Both the position numbers and the translations under genes were made by a program. Shown here in pieces: positions 55,503 through 64,000 of a stretch of DNA of 64,000 nt. How positions within the stretch are numbered: position 1 is the first letter of the stretch; each line of letters starts with the position of its first letter. Location: NCBI GenBank assembly GCA_045130665.1, contig JBGUQC010000004.1, positions 507,217 through 571,216 on the forward strand, written 5' to 3'. The notes under the pieces are model-generated. The model was not told where the DNA came from. It saw nothing but the letters and a program-made list of their open reading frames with translations, and ran no database searches. The DNA comes from Christensenellales bacterium (GTDB lineage Bacteria > Bacillota > Clostridia > Christensenellales > CAG-917).

Positions 55503-56087
55503 TTATTTTTGTTCTTCCTCTGTTTGTACTTCGCCAACGCTAACGATTTCATATTCTGCATCATCTACTGGCTGTGAATCTAATTTTGCCTTTTCTGCTT
55601 TTGCTTGCTTGAATGCTTTTATCTTAAGTATTCCACCTGCCATGAATAAGCCTGCAAGAACTAGACAGAAAACCATTGGTACTGCTTCAATAGCATTTTG
55701 CTTTTCTGCTAAATCAGCTACTGAAACAAAGAAACCAATTACTAATCCAACAAAATAGATAAAACTTAAAACGGCTATAAACATATTGTAGCCATTTATA
55801 ATAACGTTTTCCTTTTTCGTTGTAGCATTTCTTATATTAATAATTCCAGATGCAAGAACGAATAGTGATACAATTGCAAATACAATTGCGGCAAGAATAA
55901 ACATAGCTGTTAAAATAACTATTGCAAATACTCCAGCTAATGCTTCACCAACACTCTCAAACTCATCAATGTTAATTAATGCATATGCACCAAAAATCAT
56001 AAATGCACAAGCACCCATAACTATTAACCATGTTACAATGTCTAAAATACCTAGAATTAGGGTCTTTTTTCTTAAATCTTCACTCAT
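55503..56087 (-). CDS. Integral membrane protein, unknown function
   Basis: 194 aa, 4-5 hydrophobic helices, acidic C-terminal tail. Confidence 0.5.
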   Translation of the reverse strand: MSEDLRKKTLILGILDIVTWLIVMGACAFMIFGAYALINIDEFESVGEALAGVFAIVILTAMFILAAIVFAIVSLFVLASGIINIRNATTKKENVIINGYNMFIAVLSFIYFVGLVIGFFVSVADLAEKQNAIEAVPMVFCLVLAGLFMAGGILKIKAFKQAKAEKAKLDSQPVDDAEYEIVSVGEVQTEEEQK

Positions 56088-56271
56088 ATATTATGTCTAC
56101 CCCCTATTTGAGTACCTAAATATTATACATATTTTTATAAAATATAGTCAACTTTATCTATTTTTCGCCGCTTTAAAAATTATACTCGTGTATACCTTGA
56201 AATGCTTGTATTTACTTTGATTGTGAATTATAATTGTTAGCGAAATAAATTTAACCCAAGGAGCACATATT

Positions 56272-57201
56272 ATGCCACTAGTTACAACAACTGAAATGTT
56301 TGAAAAAGCCTATAAGGGCGGATACGCAATCGGAGCATTCAACGTAAATAACATGGAAATCATCCAAGGTATCGTTGAAGCAGCAACAGAAGAAAATGCA
56401 CCACTTATTCTTCAAGTAAGTGCAGGTGCAAGAAAATATGCAAACACAACATATCTAACAAAGATGGTTGAAGCTGCAGTTATCACATCTGGTCTTCCAA
56501 TTGCTCTTCACTTAGACCACGGTGATTCATTCGCAATCTGTAAAGACTGCGTAGATAATGGTTTCACTTCTGTTATGATTGACGCAAGTGCACATCCATT
56601 CCAAGAAAATATTAATATCACAAAAGAAGTTGTTAAGTATGCTCATGACCACGGCGTTGTAGTTGAAGCAGAACTTGGTAAACTTGCAGGAATCGAAGAT
56701 GATGTTAAAGTAGATGCAAAAGATGCAAACTACACAGATCCAGATCAAGTTGAAGAATTCGTACAAAAGACAGGCGTAGATAGCTTAGCAATCGCAATTG
56801 GTACATCCCACGGTGCATTCAAGTTCAAGGGACAACCAAGACTTAGATTCGATATTCTTGATGAAGTTTCTAAGCGTTTACCAGGATTCCCTATCGTATT
56901 ACACGGAGCATCTTCTGTACCACAAGACTTAGTAAAGATTGTTAACTCATATGGCGGAGCACTTCCTGGAGCACAAGGTGTACCAGAAGAAATGTTAAGA
57001 AAAGCTGCAACTATGGCAGTATGTAAAATTAACATTGATAGTGACTTGCGTCTTGCAGTTACAGCAGCTATTAGAGAACATATGGCACTTAACCCATCTC
57101 ACTTCGACCCAAGACAATACTTAGGACCAGCAAGAGAAGCAGTTAAGAAAGTTGTAAAACATAAACTTGTAGACGTTCTCGGATGCGCAGGAAAAGCATA
57201 A
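56272..57201 (+). CDS. fba: Class II fructose-1,6-bisphosphate aldolase
   Basis: 309 aa. GAFNVNN, LHLDHG, GTSHGAFKF, LHGASS motifs. AAGGAG RBS. Confidence 0.95.
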   Translation: MPLVTTTEMFEKAYKGGYAIGAFNVNNMEIIQGIVEAATEENAPLILQVSAGARKYANTTYLTKMVEAAVITSGLPIALHLDHGDSFAICKDCVDNGFTSVMIDASAHPFQENINITKEVVKYAHDHGVVVEAELGKLAGIEDDVKVDAKDANYTDPDQVEEFVQKTGVDSLAIAIGTSHGAFKFKGQPRLRFDILDEVSKRLPGFPIVLHGASSVPQDLVKIVNSYGGALPGAQGVPEEMLRKAATMAVCKINIDSDLRLAVTAAIREHMALNPSHFDPRQYLGPAREAVKKVVKHKLVDVLGCAGKA

Positions 57202-57225
57202 TTAAATAATTAACTAAATAATAAA

Positions 57226-57260
57226 CAGGGTTCCAAAAATTTGGGACCTTGTTTTTCTTT
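57226..57260 (+). terminator. Rho-independent terminator after fba
   Basis: cagggttcc-aaaaattt-gggaccttg stem (with G-U pairs) followed by tttttcttt. Confidence 0.75.
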
Positions 57261-57292
57261 TATCTTATTAATCTTTGTATTATAATATACCC

Positions 57293-58039
57293 ATGACAGA
57301 TAAACAGATTATGCAAAAAGTTTTAAGTCCTATGCGTAGAGCAATTCAGGATTTTGATATGATTCAAGATGGAGATAACATCTTCGTTGGATTATCTGGT
57401 GGAAAAGATTCTATCCTCCTACTCACCGCTCTTGCAAATTATAGGATATTCTCTCCAGAAAAGTTCACACTCCAGTCTATAACAATTAATCCTGGAAAAT
57501 TCTTGGATGAAAAAGAACTTGAGAACATGAAAAAACACTGCGAAAGTCTGTCTGTACCTCTTCATATTGTCGATACAGACATTGGGGAGATTATTTTTGA
57601 CATTAGACAAGAGACAAACCCATGCTCATTGTGCGCTAAAATGCGCAGGGGCGCACTTAACGATAAAATCAATTCATTGGGCGGGGGAAAGCTTGCGCTT
57701 GCTCACAACGCAGATGACGTGGCCGAAACATTCATAATGTCTCTAGTATATGAAGGCAGAATTAACTGTTTTGAACCAAAGGCGCATATGTCTCGTGCAA
57801 ACGTTACAATGATTAGACCTTTTATATACCTGCTTGAAAAAGATATAGTTTATGCAGTAAATAAACTAGAACTTCCAATAGTTACTAACCACTGCCCAGC
57901 AAATAAACACTCTCAAAGAGAATGGGCAAAGGACTTTATAAAGAAATTAGATAAAGAAGTACCTAACGCAAAACAAAATATTCTAGGTGCTATATATAAT
58001 CCGGATAGAGCTAAACTTTGGGATAAAATAGATAAATAA
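57293..58039 (+). CDS. PP-loop ATPase, TtcA-like tRNA thiolation enzyme
   Basis: SGGKDS PP-loop and CSLC / HNADD motifs. First ATG is at 57293 (ORF-track start at 57275 is TTG). Confidence 0.75.
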   Translation: MTDKQIMQKVLSPMRRAIQDFDMIQDGDNIFVGLSGGKDSILLLTALANYRIFSPEKFTLQSITINPGKFLDEKELENMKKHCESLSVPLHIVDTDIGEIIFDIRQETNPCSLCAKMRRGALNDKINSLGGGKLALAHNADDVAETFIMSLVYEGRINCFEPKAHMSRANVTMIRPFIYLLEKDIVYAVNKLELPIVTNHCPANKHSQREWAKDFIKKLDKEVPNAKQNILGAIYNPDRAKLWDKIDK

Positions 58040-58073
58040 AAAACTAGGGGCTTTCGCTCCTAGTTCTTTTTTT
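58036..58073. terminator. Bidirectional terminator (ttcA-like / rplQ)
   Basis: aactaggggc-tttc-gctcctagtt 10-bp stem flanked by an A-run and ttttttt. Confidence 0.85.
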
Positions 58074-58087
58074 AATTGTGTTTAGAA

Positions 58088-58594
58088 TTAAATTAACTCT
58101 AAGATGACAACTTCAGCTGCATCACCACGACGTACATCTTTCTTGATGATACGTGTGTATCCACCGCCGATACCCTTCTCTTGTGCTCTCTTATCGTACT
58201 TTGGTGCGTACTCTGTAAAGATCTTTTCAATGAGTGGGTTCTTAACATCTTTAATTCTTGCCTTGAAGTTCTTCTTGCTTTCTTTGTCTTTCTTAACTTC
58301 TGGAATATCAACTAAAGATGCCATCATTCTACGACGTGCTGCTAACTTCTTTGGTCCATCATTTGTGAACTCAACTTCTGATTTGTTGCCCTTTGCATCA
58401 GTCTTTGTCTTCTTGACTTTGACTTCGTCTTGATATGTCTTAATTGCAAGAGAAATGATTTTCTCAGCTTCAGATCTTACTGACTTAGCTCTTGCAAGTG
58501 TTGTTTCAATGCGTCCGTACCATAATAGCTCTGATGTTTGATTGCAAACAATGGCTAACTTTTGGTCGCTGCGTCTTCCTAATTTACTGTTCAT
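58088..58594 (-). CDS. rplQ: 50S ribosomal protein L17 with Lys-rich insertions
   Basis: Start at ATG 58594 (GGAGGA RBS). RIETTLARAK and GGGYTRIIK...RRGDAAEVVILEL are L17 motifs. 168 aa versus about 115-130 typical. Confidence 0.9.
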   Translation of the reverse strand: MNSKLGRRSDQKLAIVCNQTSELLWYGRIETTLARAKSVRSEAEKIISLAIKTYQDEVKVKKTKTDAKGNKSEVEFTNDGPKKLAARRRMMASLVDIPEVKKDKESKKNFKARIKDVKNPLIEKIFTEYAPKYDKRAQEKGIGGGYTRIIKKDVRRGDAAEVVILELI

Positions 58595-58606
58595 ATGTTC
58601 CTCCAA

Positions 58607-59563
58607 TTAGTCTTCTGAGGACTTTAAGTGAAGTCCTAGCTTCTCTAACGTTGCTTTTATTTCATCAAATGTTCTTCTGCCAAAGTTTGGTAATCTTAAT
58701 AACTCATCTTCTGTCTTTTCAATGAGCTCGCCTATTGTTGAAATGCCGGCTCTCTTTAAGCAGTTGTGAGCTCTTACAGACATTTCCATGTCTTCGATTA
58801 ATGTTGCAAGAACTTTCTTTGCATCATCTTCAACCTTAACTGGGAAGATGTCGCCTGCATTCTTGATTGTTTCGTCTAAGTCTACAAATAACTTAATATG
58901 GTCATTTAATACCTTAGCAGCAAGTGAAATGATTTCCTTTGCAGATATAGTTCCATCTGTTGTGAGATCAATTGTGAGTTTGTCATAATCAATGCTCTTG
59001 TCAACACGGGTAGGCTCAACTTGGAAGTTTGCTTTAACAACTGGTGTGAATAAGCTATCAATTGCAATGTATCCGATTGGATCATTCTTGCCCTTGTTCT
59101 TATCTGCTGGAACCCAGCCACGACCTGTTGCAACATAAATTACCATATCAATGCTGCCACCTTCATCAAGTGTGCAGATGAGTTTGTCTGGAGTTAAGAT
59201 TTCAACACCAGCTTCTGTAACAATGTCTCTTGCATAAACTTCACCAGCTTTGTCTGCTGTTAAGTAACATTTAACTTTTGAGTAGCTATCTGTTTCTTTC
59301 ATCTTGAAACGGATTTCTTTAATGTTAAGGATAATTTCTGTAACCTCTTCCTTTACACCTTTGATAGTTGAGAATTCATGGTCTACACCACTAATTTTGA
59401 TTCCAACTGCAGCTGCACCTGGTAGAGATGCTAAAAGTATACGTCTTAAGCTATTACCAATTGTAATACCAAAGCCTCTTTCGAGTGGTTCTACGGTAAA
59501 TTGAGCGTATGCTTTGTCTTCGCTTTCGTTTAATGATATTTCTGGTTTTTTGATTCCCATCAT
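58607..59563 (-). CDS. rpoA: DNA-directed RNA polymerase subunit alpha
   Basis: 318 aa. EPLERGFGITIGNSLRRILL, and C-terminal domain SVRAHNCLKRAGI. Confidence 0.95.
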   Translation of the reverse strand: MMGIKKPEISLNESEDKAYAQFTVEPLERGFGITIGNSLRRILLASLPGAAAVGIKISGVDHEFSTIKGVKEEVTEIILNIKEIRFKMKETDSYSKVKCYLTADKAGEVYARDIVTEAGVEILTPDKLICTLDEGGSIDMVIYVATGRGWVPADKNKGKNDPIGYIAIDSLFTPVVKANFQVEPTRVDKSIDYDKLTIDLTTDGTISAKEIISLAAKVLNDHIKLFVDLDETIKNAGDIFPVKVEDDAKKVLATLIEDMEMSVRAHNCLKRAGISTIGELIEKTEDELLRLPNFGRRTFDEIKATLEKLGLHLKSSED

Positions 59564-59583
59564 ATGGCTTTATCCTCCCTACA

Positions 59584-60207
59584 TTATTTTGAATATAACT
59601 CGACGATTAAATGCTCTTTGATCTCAACATCGTTGATGTCTTCTCTTTCTGGAAGTGCAACAACTGTACCTGTTAATGTTGTATTGTCAAAAGATAACCA
59701 TTTAACTAATGATAATTGTTTTTGCTCCTTGATAGAATTCCACATCTCTGAATCTTTGTGTGCTTCCTTTACAGAAATAACATCACCAACTTTTACGAGA
59801 TATGAAGGTATGTTAACTAATTTGCCGTTTACTGTGATGTGTCCGTGTGTTACGTTTTGACGTGCCATTGCTCTAGATGCACCTAAGCCAAGACGATATA
59901 CAACGTTATCTAAACGACGTTCTAATAATGAGAGCATAACTGCACCTGTTACACCACGCATTTCTGTTGCTTTCTTGTAATAGAGTGCGAATTGCTTCTC
60001 TGTTAAACCATAGATACGTTTACATTTTTGCTTTTCACGTAATTGTAAGCTGTATCCTGATTGCTTCTTCTTTCCTTTGCCATGCATTCCTGGGGCTGCA
60101 TATTTCTTGACAAGTGTACACTTATCTGAATTGCAACGTTCACCCTTTAAATATAACTTGCATCCTTCACGTCTGCATTGACGACAATCTGGTCCTGTAT
60201 ATTTCAT
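59584..60207 (-). CDS. rpsD: 30S ribosomal protein S4
   Basis: 207 aa. N-terminal Cys cluster, YGLTEKQF, RLDNVVYRLG. Confidence 0.95.
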   Translation of the reverse strand: MKYTGPDCRQCRREGCKLYLKGERCNSDKCTLVKKYAAPGMHGKGKKKQSGYSLQLREKQKCKRIYGLTEKQFALYYKKATEMRGVTGAVMLSLLERRLDNVVYRLGLGASRAMARQNVTHGHITVNGKLVNIPSYLVKVGDVISVKEAHKDSEMWNSIKEQKQLSLVKWLSFDNTTLTGTVVALPEREDINDVEIKEHLIVELYSK

Positions 60208-60225
60208 ATTCTATTCCTCCTAGTA

Positions 60226-60603
60226 TTACAAACGTCTGCGTTTTGGTGGACGGCATCCGTTGTGTGGGATTGGGGATACATCTCTGATGAGTGTAACTTC
60301 TAAACCTTGATTTGCTAAACCTCTGATTGCAGACTCACGTCCTTGGCCAGGTCCTTTGATATAAACTTCAACTGAACGCATTCCACGATCATATGCTGCT
60401 TTTGCTGCTTCTTCAGCAACAGATTGTGCTGCAAATGGTGTAGCTTTACGACTTCCACGTAACTTTAATTTGCCTGCAGAAGACCATGATACTGCATTTC
60501 CAGCTGTGTCTGTGATTGTAACGATTGTGTTGTTGAATGAAGAATGAACATGTGCTATGCCTTTCTCAACACGAAGCTTTCCGCCTTTTTTTCCTTCAGC
60601 CAT
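60226..60603 (-). CDS. rpsK: 30S ribosomal protein S11
   Basis: 125 aa. [18 protein letters not shown], and the [15 protein letters not shown] end. Confidence 0.95.
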   Translation of the reverse strand: MAEGKKGGKLRVEKGIAHVHSSFNNTIVTITDTAGNAVSWSSAGKLKLRGSRKATPFAAQSVAEEAAKAAYDRGMRSVEVYIKGPGQGRESAIRGLANQGLEVTLIRDVSPIPHNGCRPPKRRRL

Positions 60604-60617
60604 TTCTCATTGCCTCC

Positions 60618-60992
60618 TTATTTAGCTTTCTTTCCACGTGATACAGTCTTCTTCTTTCCTTTGACTGTACGTGCGTTACGCTTTGAACTTTGTCCACGTA
60701 CTGGGAGGTGCTTTCTGTGACGAATTCCTCTGTAACATCCGATTTCTGTTAATCTCTTGATGTTCATGGAAACTTCTCTCTTTAAGTCACCTTCTACATG
60801 TAAGTTCTTTTCAATGTAATCTCTTATGAGTGTTACGTCATTCTCGCTTAAATCCTTAACTCTAATGTCAGGATTAACGCCAGTTTCAGCGAGTATTTGC
60901 TTTGATGTTGGTAAACCTATACCGTAGATATAAGTTAAACCGATTTCGATTCTCTTCTCGCGTGGTAAGTCCACGCCGGCAATACGTGCCAT
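60618..60992 (-). CDS. rpsM: 30S ribosomal protein S13
   Basis: 124 aa. [14 protein letters not shown] start, [16 protein letters not shown]. Confidence 0.95.
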   Translation of the reverse strand: MARIAGVDLPREKRIEIGLTYIYGIGLPTSKQILAETGVNPDIRVKDLSENDVTLIRDYIEKNLHVEGDLKREVSMNIKRLTEIGCYRGIRHRKHLPVRGQSSKRNARTVKGKKKTVSRGKKAK

Positions 60993-61106
60993 ACTTTGTC
61001 CTCCAAATAAAATAAATAAGTTTTTTCTCTATTTGCTATACTCGGGTAATTGCCTGTATTTGGAATGAGACAACCAGCCGCCCCGTGTATTTTGTTTTTG
61101 ATCTAA

Positions 61107-61223
61107 TTAGCCTTGACGTTGTTTATGGTTAGGATATTTTGAACAAATAACCATAATTCTTCCGTTTCTTTTGATAACTTTGCAATTATCACACATTGGT
61201 TTAACACTTGGTCTGACTTTCAT
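61107..61223 (-). CDS. rpmJ: 50S ribosomal protein L36
   Basis: Below the ORF-track cut-off. Own translation is [38 protein letters not shown]. Confidence 0.9.
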   Translation of the reverse strand: MKVRPSVKPMCDNCKVIKRNGRIMVICSKYPNHKQRQG

Positions 61224-61239
61224 AATGTTTCTCCTTTTA

Positions 61240-61458
61240 TTACTTGTTTCTCCAGATTATTCTGCCTTTTGTGAGATCATATGGTGACATCTCTAAAACT
61301 ACCGTATCTCCCTCAAGGACTCTAATGTTATTGGAACGTACTTTTCCTGCGAGATATGCCATGATAACGATTCCGTTTGTAAGTTCAACTTTGAACTTTG
61401 TTCCTGGTAATACCTCGATTACTTTTCCTTCAGCCTCTATTACATCAGATTTCGACAT
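61240..61458 (-). CDS. infA: Translation initiation factor IF-1
   Basis: 72 aa. S1-like KFKVELTNG...[15 protein letters not shown]. Confidence 0.95.
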   Translation of the reverse strand: MSKSDVIEAEGKVIEVLPGTKFKVELTNGIVIMAYLAGKVRSNNIRVLEGDTVVLEMSPYDLTKGRIIWRNK

Positions 61459-61462
61459 AAAT

Positions 61463-61732
61463 TCAGTTGTTTTCTCCTTCTTTGTAACTTCTTAGCGCAC
61501 TCTTTATTTCAGAATCAAATACTTGATCTCCGTTTTCTAGTTTTTGCGCTATCTTTTCAAGAATATCTCCACTTTGCTTTATGTGTTTGACATTCTTTAC
61601 CTTTGCGTTTTTGATACTTTTGATTTCTCCGTCCGCTACTTTGACTCTGTCTTTACTCTCTATCTCGGTGATAATGTAATATCTTCCATTATCTCTCCCA
61701 GCTATTGAACAAACAACTTCACCTATTCTCAT
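61463..61732 (-). CDS. KOW-domain RNA-binding protein (map-infA spacer gene typical of Clostridia)
   Basis: 89 aa. [22 protein letters not shown]-like motif. Position between map and infA. Confidence 0.65.
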   Translation of the reverse strand: MRIGEVVCSIAGRDNGRYYIITEIESKDRVKVADGEIKSIKNAKVKNVKHIKQSGDILEKIAQKLENGDQVFDSEIKSALRSYKEGENN

Positions 61733-62466
61733 AACGTTAGAATCTCTGCTCCTTTTTCGGTTAGAGCTACCGTGTTTTCATAGTGTGCAGATGGCTTACC
61801 GTCTTTTGTGATACATTTCCAACCATCTATTATCACTTCATATGTCCCTAAATTCACCATTGGTTCTATTGCTAGTACCATTCCTGGTTGGAGGAGTGGT
61901 CCATGACCAACTCTTCCATAATTTGGTACGTTTGGCTCTTCATGTAATTGTCTACCAATTCCGTGGCCAACCATTTCTCGTACAACTCCATATCCCCTGC
62001 TTTCACAATGTTCTTGTATAGCGTGGGATATGTCTCCTAGTCTGTTTCCAGCTTTGAATTGCTCTACACCCTTGAAGAAACTTTCTCTCGTTGTTTTAAC
62101 TAAGTCTTTGACTTCGTCTGAACAATCTCCGATAAGATAGGTTCTCGCTGAGTCTGAATGCCATCCATCTAGGATACAACCAACGTCCACTCCAATTATG
62201 TCTCCCTCTTTGAGCTTTACATCTCCTGGGAACCCGTGAACTACTTGTTCATTTATAGATGCACATATCGTTCCTGGGAAACCACCATATCCTAAGAAAG
62301 ATGGTTTTGCATTGTGGGATGTGATGTAGTTGTATGCGAGTTTGTCTAGGTGCTTGGTTGTGACTCCTGGTTTTACTTCTTTTTCAAATAAATCCCAAAG
62401 CCCCTTTATGATATCGCCCGCTTTACGCATTTTCTCGATTTGAGATGGGCTTTTTACGAATATCAT
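61729..62466 (-). CDS. map: Type I methionine aminopeptidase
   Basis: 245 aa. VVHGFPG, GDIIGVDVG, GHGIG, and EPMV metal-ligand motifs. Confidence 0.95.
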   Translation of the reverse strand: MIFVKSPSQIEKMRKAGDIIKGLWDLFEKEVKPGVTTKHLDKLAYNYITSHNAKPSFLGYGGFPGTICASINEQVVHGFPGDVKLKEGDIIGVDVGCILDGWHSDSARTYLIGDCSDEVKDLVKTTRESFFKGVEQFKAGNRLGDISHAIQEHCESRGYGVVREMVGHGIGRQLHEEPNVPNYGRVGHGPLLQPGMVLAIEPMVNLGTYEVIIDGWKCITKDGKPSAHYENTVALTEKGAEILTL

Positions 62467-63083
62467 TTTCCAAGTACCTTCTTTACATCCTCAAATGTAC
62501 CTTCTATTGTGCTGACTTTAATGTCTGCAATGATACCTTTGGATGTATAGTATCCAATTAAAGGCTCTGTTTGCTTTTGATATACATCTAAGCGAGCTTT
62601 AACTGTTTCTGCTTTATCATCGTCTCTTTGGAAAACTTCTTTTCCACATTTGCTGCATTTTGTTTCTCCGTTAAGCATCTTTGCAGAATAAGTTGCTCCA
62701 CAAACACATACTCTTCTATCGGATAAACGTTCAATAATAACATCAAATGGTACGATAAAGTTTAATGCAACATCAATCTTAGTAACTTTATCAAGAGCTT
62801 CTGCTTGAGCAATTGTTCTTGGGAAACCATCTAAGATGTAACCATCTTTACAATCACTTTCTTGTAATCTAGATTCAACTAGTCCAATAACAACTTCATC
62901 TGGAACTAATGCACCTTTATCCATGTAAGATTTTGCCAAATCTCCAAGTGCTGTGTGCTCAGATATGTTCTTACGGAATATGTCTCCAGTTGAAATGTGT
63001 GGGATTCCATACTCTTTAGCAATGAATGCTGCTTGTGTTCCTTTACCAGATCCTGGTGCTCCAAGTAAAACGATGTTTTTCAT
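62463..63083 (-). CDS. adk: Adenylate kinase (Zn-lid type)
   Basis: 206 aa. GAPGSGKGTQ P-loop, and a C..C...CSKCG lid. Confidence 0.95.
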   Translation of the reverse strand: MKNIVLLGAPGSGKGTQAAFIAKEYGIPHISTGDIFRKNISEHTALGDLAKSYMDKGALVPDEVVIGLVESRLQESDCKDGYILDGFPRTIAQAEALDKVTKIDVALNFIVPFDVIIERLSDRRVCVCGATYSAKMLNGETKCSKCGKEVFQRDDDKAETVKARLDVYQKQTEPLIGYYTSKGIIADIKVSTIEGTFEDVKKVLGK

Positions 63084-63094
63084 ATTGTCTCCTA

Positions 63095-64000
63095 TTATTT
63101 TAAGAATCCTTTGTAATGCTTCATCATAACTTGTGACTCTAATTGCTTGTTTAATTCAAGTGCTACAGAAACAACGATTAATAATCCTGTTGCTGAGAAT
63201 GCACCACCGAGTTCCAATGGAGCGTCGTTTACAGCGCTTGAGAAACCTGATGATAATGCGTTGAATAAGAATGTTGGAATCAATGCAATGATTGCAAGGA
63301 AGAATGCTCCAAACAATGTTATTCTATTTGAAATACGCTTTAAGAAGTCACTAGTTGGTTTACCTGCTCTAATTCCTGGAATGAATCCGCCATATTGTTG
63401 AATATTTCTTGCAACATCTTCTGGATTGAATTGAATTTGTGCATAGAAGAATGAGAAGAAGAATATCAATATGGTTAAGAAGATATAGTAAACTGCTGTT
63501 CCTGATCCCATGTATTGTGCATACCATGCATATGCGCTAGATTGTGGCGCAAATAATGCAAATATCATTTGTGGGAACATACAGATTGAAGAAGCGAAGA
63601 TGATTGGCATAACACCACCAGCATTAATTCTGATTGGAATATATGTGGATTGTCCACCATACATCTTGTTTCCTCTGACCTGTTTGGAATATTGTACCTT
63701 AACTCTACGTTCTGACATGTCTACAAAGACAATGAGTGCGAATACTAATACAACTACTATGACGTAACCAATGATACTCCAGATGTAGTTCCATGAAGAA
63801 CTATCAATGATGTACTTGATTGCGTTTGCGAATGTAACACCACTTCCAGCTATGATACCTACGAAGATTATGAGTGATGAACCATTAGAGATTCCGTACT
63901 CAGTAATTCTTTCAGCAAGCCACATAACCATAATTGAACCACCAACGAGTAATAAGATAATACATGCCATGGTCATATATGGAAGTTTCCATGTTTCTTC
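63095..64000 (-). CDS. secY: Preprotein translocase subunit SecY (5' end beyond window)
   Basis: The reading frame stays open to the window edge. GGFIPGIRAGKPT and the C-terminal ...LESQVMMKHYKGFLK are typical of SecY. Confidence 0.9.
   Translation of the reverse strand, partial: EETWKLPYMTMACIILLLVGGSIMVMWLAERITEYGISNGSSLIIFVGIIAGSGVTFANAIKYIIDSSSWNYIWSIIGYVIVVVLVFALIVFVDMSERRVKVQYSKQVRGNKMYGGQSTYIPIRINAGGVMPIIFASSICMFPQMIFALFAPQSSAYAWYAQYMGSGTAVYYIFLTILIFFFSFFYAQIQFNPEDVARNIQQYGGFIPGIRAGKPTSDFLKRISNRITLFGAFFLAIIALIPTFLFNALSSGFSSAVNDAPLELGGAFSATGLLIVVSVALELNKQLESQVMMKHYKGFLK

Noticed and set aside
1-64000. CRISPR arrays, integrases, transposases, toxin-antitoxin pairs, restriction-modification or other recognisable defence genes
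   Set aside because: None found on reading all listed ORFs and the intergenic regions. The only non-coding repeats are the rhamnose-operator boxes and terminator hairpins.

Overview
Chromosomal window from a low-GC, Gram-positive-type (Bacillota/Clostridia-like) genome, with about 60 protein genes and two stand-alone tRNA-Ala genes. I saw no transposase, integrase, phage, CRISPR or recognisable defence gene. Housekeeping blocks: mgtE plus a CDF transporter; rsmA, TatD-associated radical SAM, tatD and metG; a truncated guaA; fba; and the distal spc/alpha ribosomal cluster (secY-adk-map-KOW-infA-rpmJ-rpsM-rpsK-rpsD-rpoA-rplQ) on the minus strand at the right edge. Accessory content is mostly carbohydrate utilisation. 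(1) A rhamnoside locus at 41.5-52.7 kb: cytoplasmic GH78 rhamnosidase, two tandem paralogous GPH symporters with long conserved charged C-terminal tails, rhaBAD and a divergent AraC-type regulator. A 22-nt box plus a 20-bp-spaced direct repeat is shared by its two control regions. (2) A tightly coupled six-gene operon at 18.5-25.5 kb: YihQ-like GH31, DMT carrier, FucI-like isomerase, ROK repressor, Fe-ADH and RpiB-like isomerase. It has no kinase or aldolase, and the GH31 appears to lack the sulfoquinovosidase sulfonate-binding residues. I rate this operon the best candidate for an undescribed pathway. Other items worth a second look: an orphan FtsK/HerA-like P-loop protein fused to an unknown about 300-aa domain (1475-3082); a 1315-aa membrane-anchored surface protein co-transcribed with mscS; an 804-aa PrsA-like lipoprotein; a strongly SD-preceded 22-codon uORF in the mgtE leader; and an unusually long GC-rich rpmJ-rpsM spacer. 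All functional calls come from reading motifs in the supplied translations. No database search was possible.
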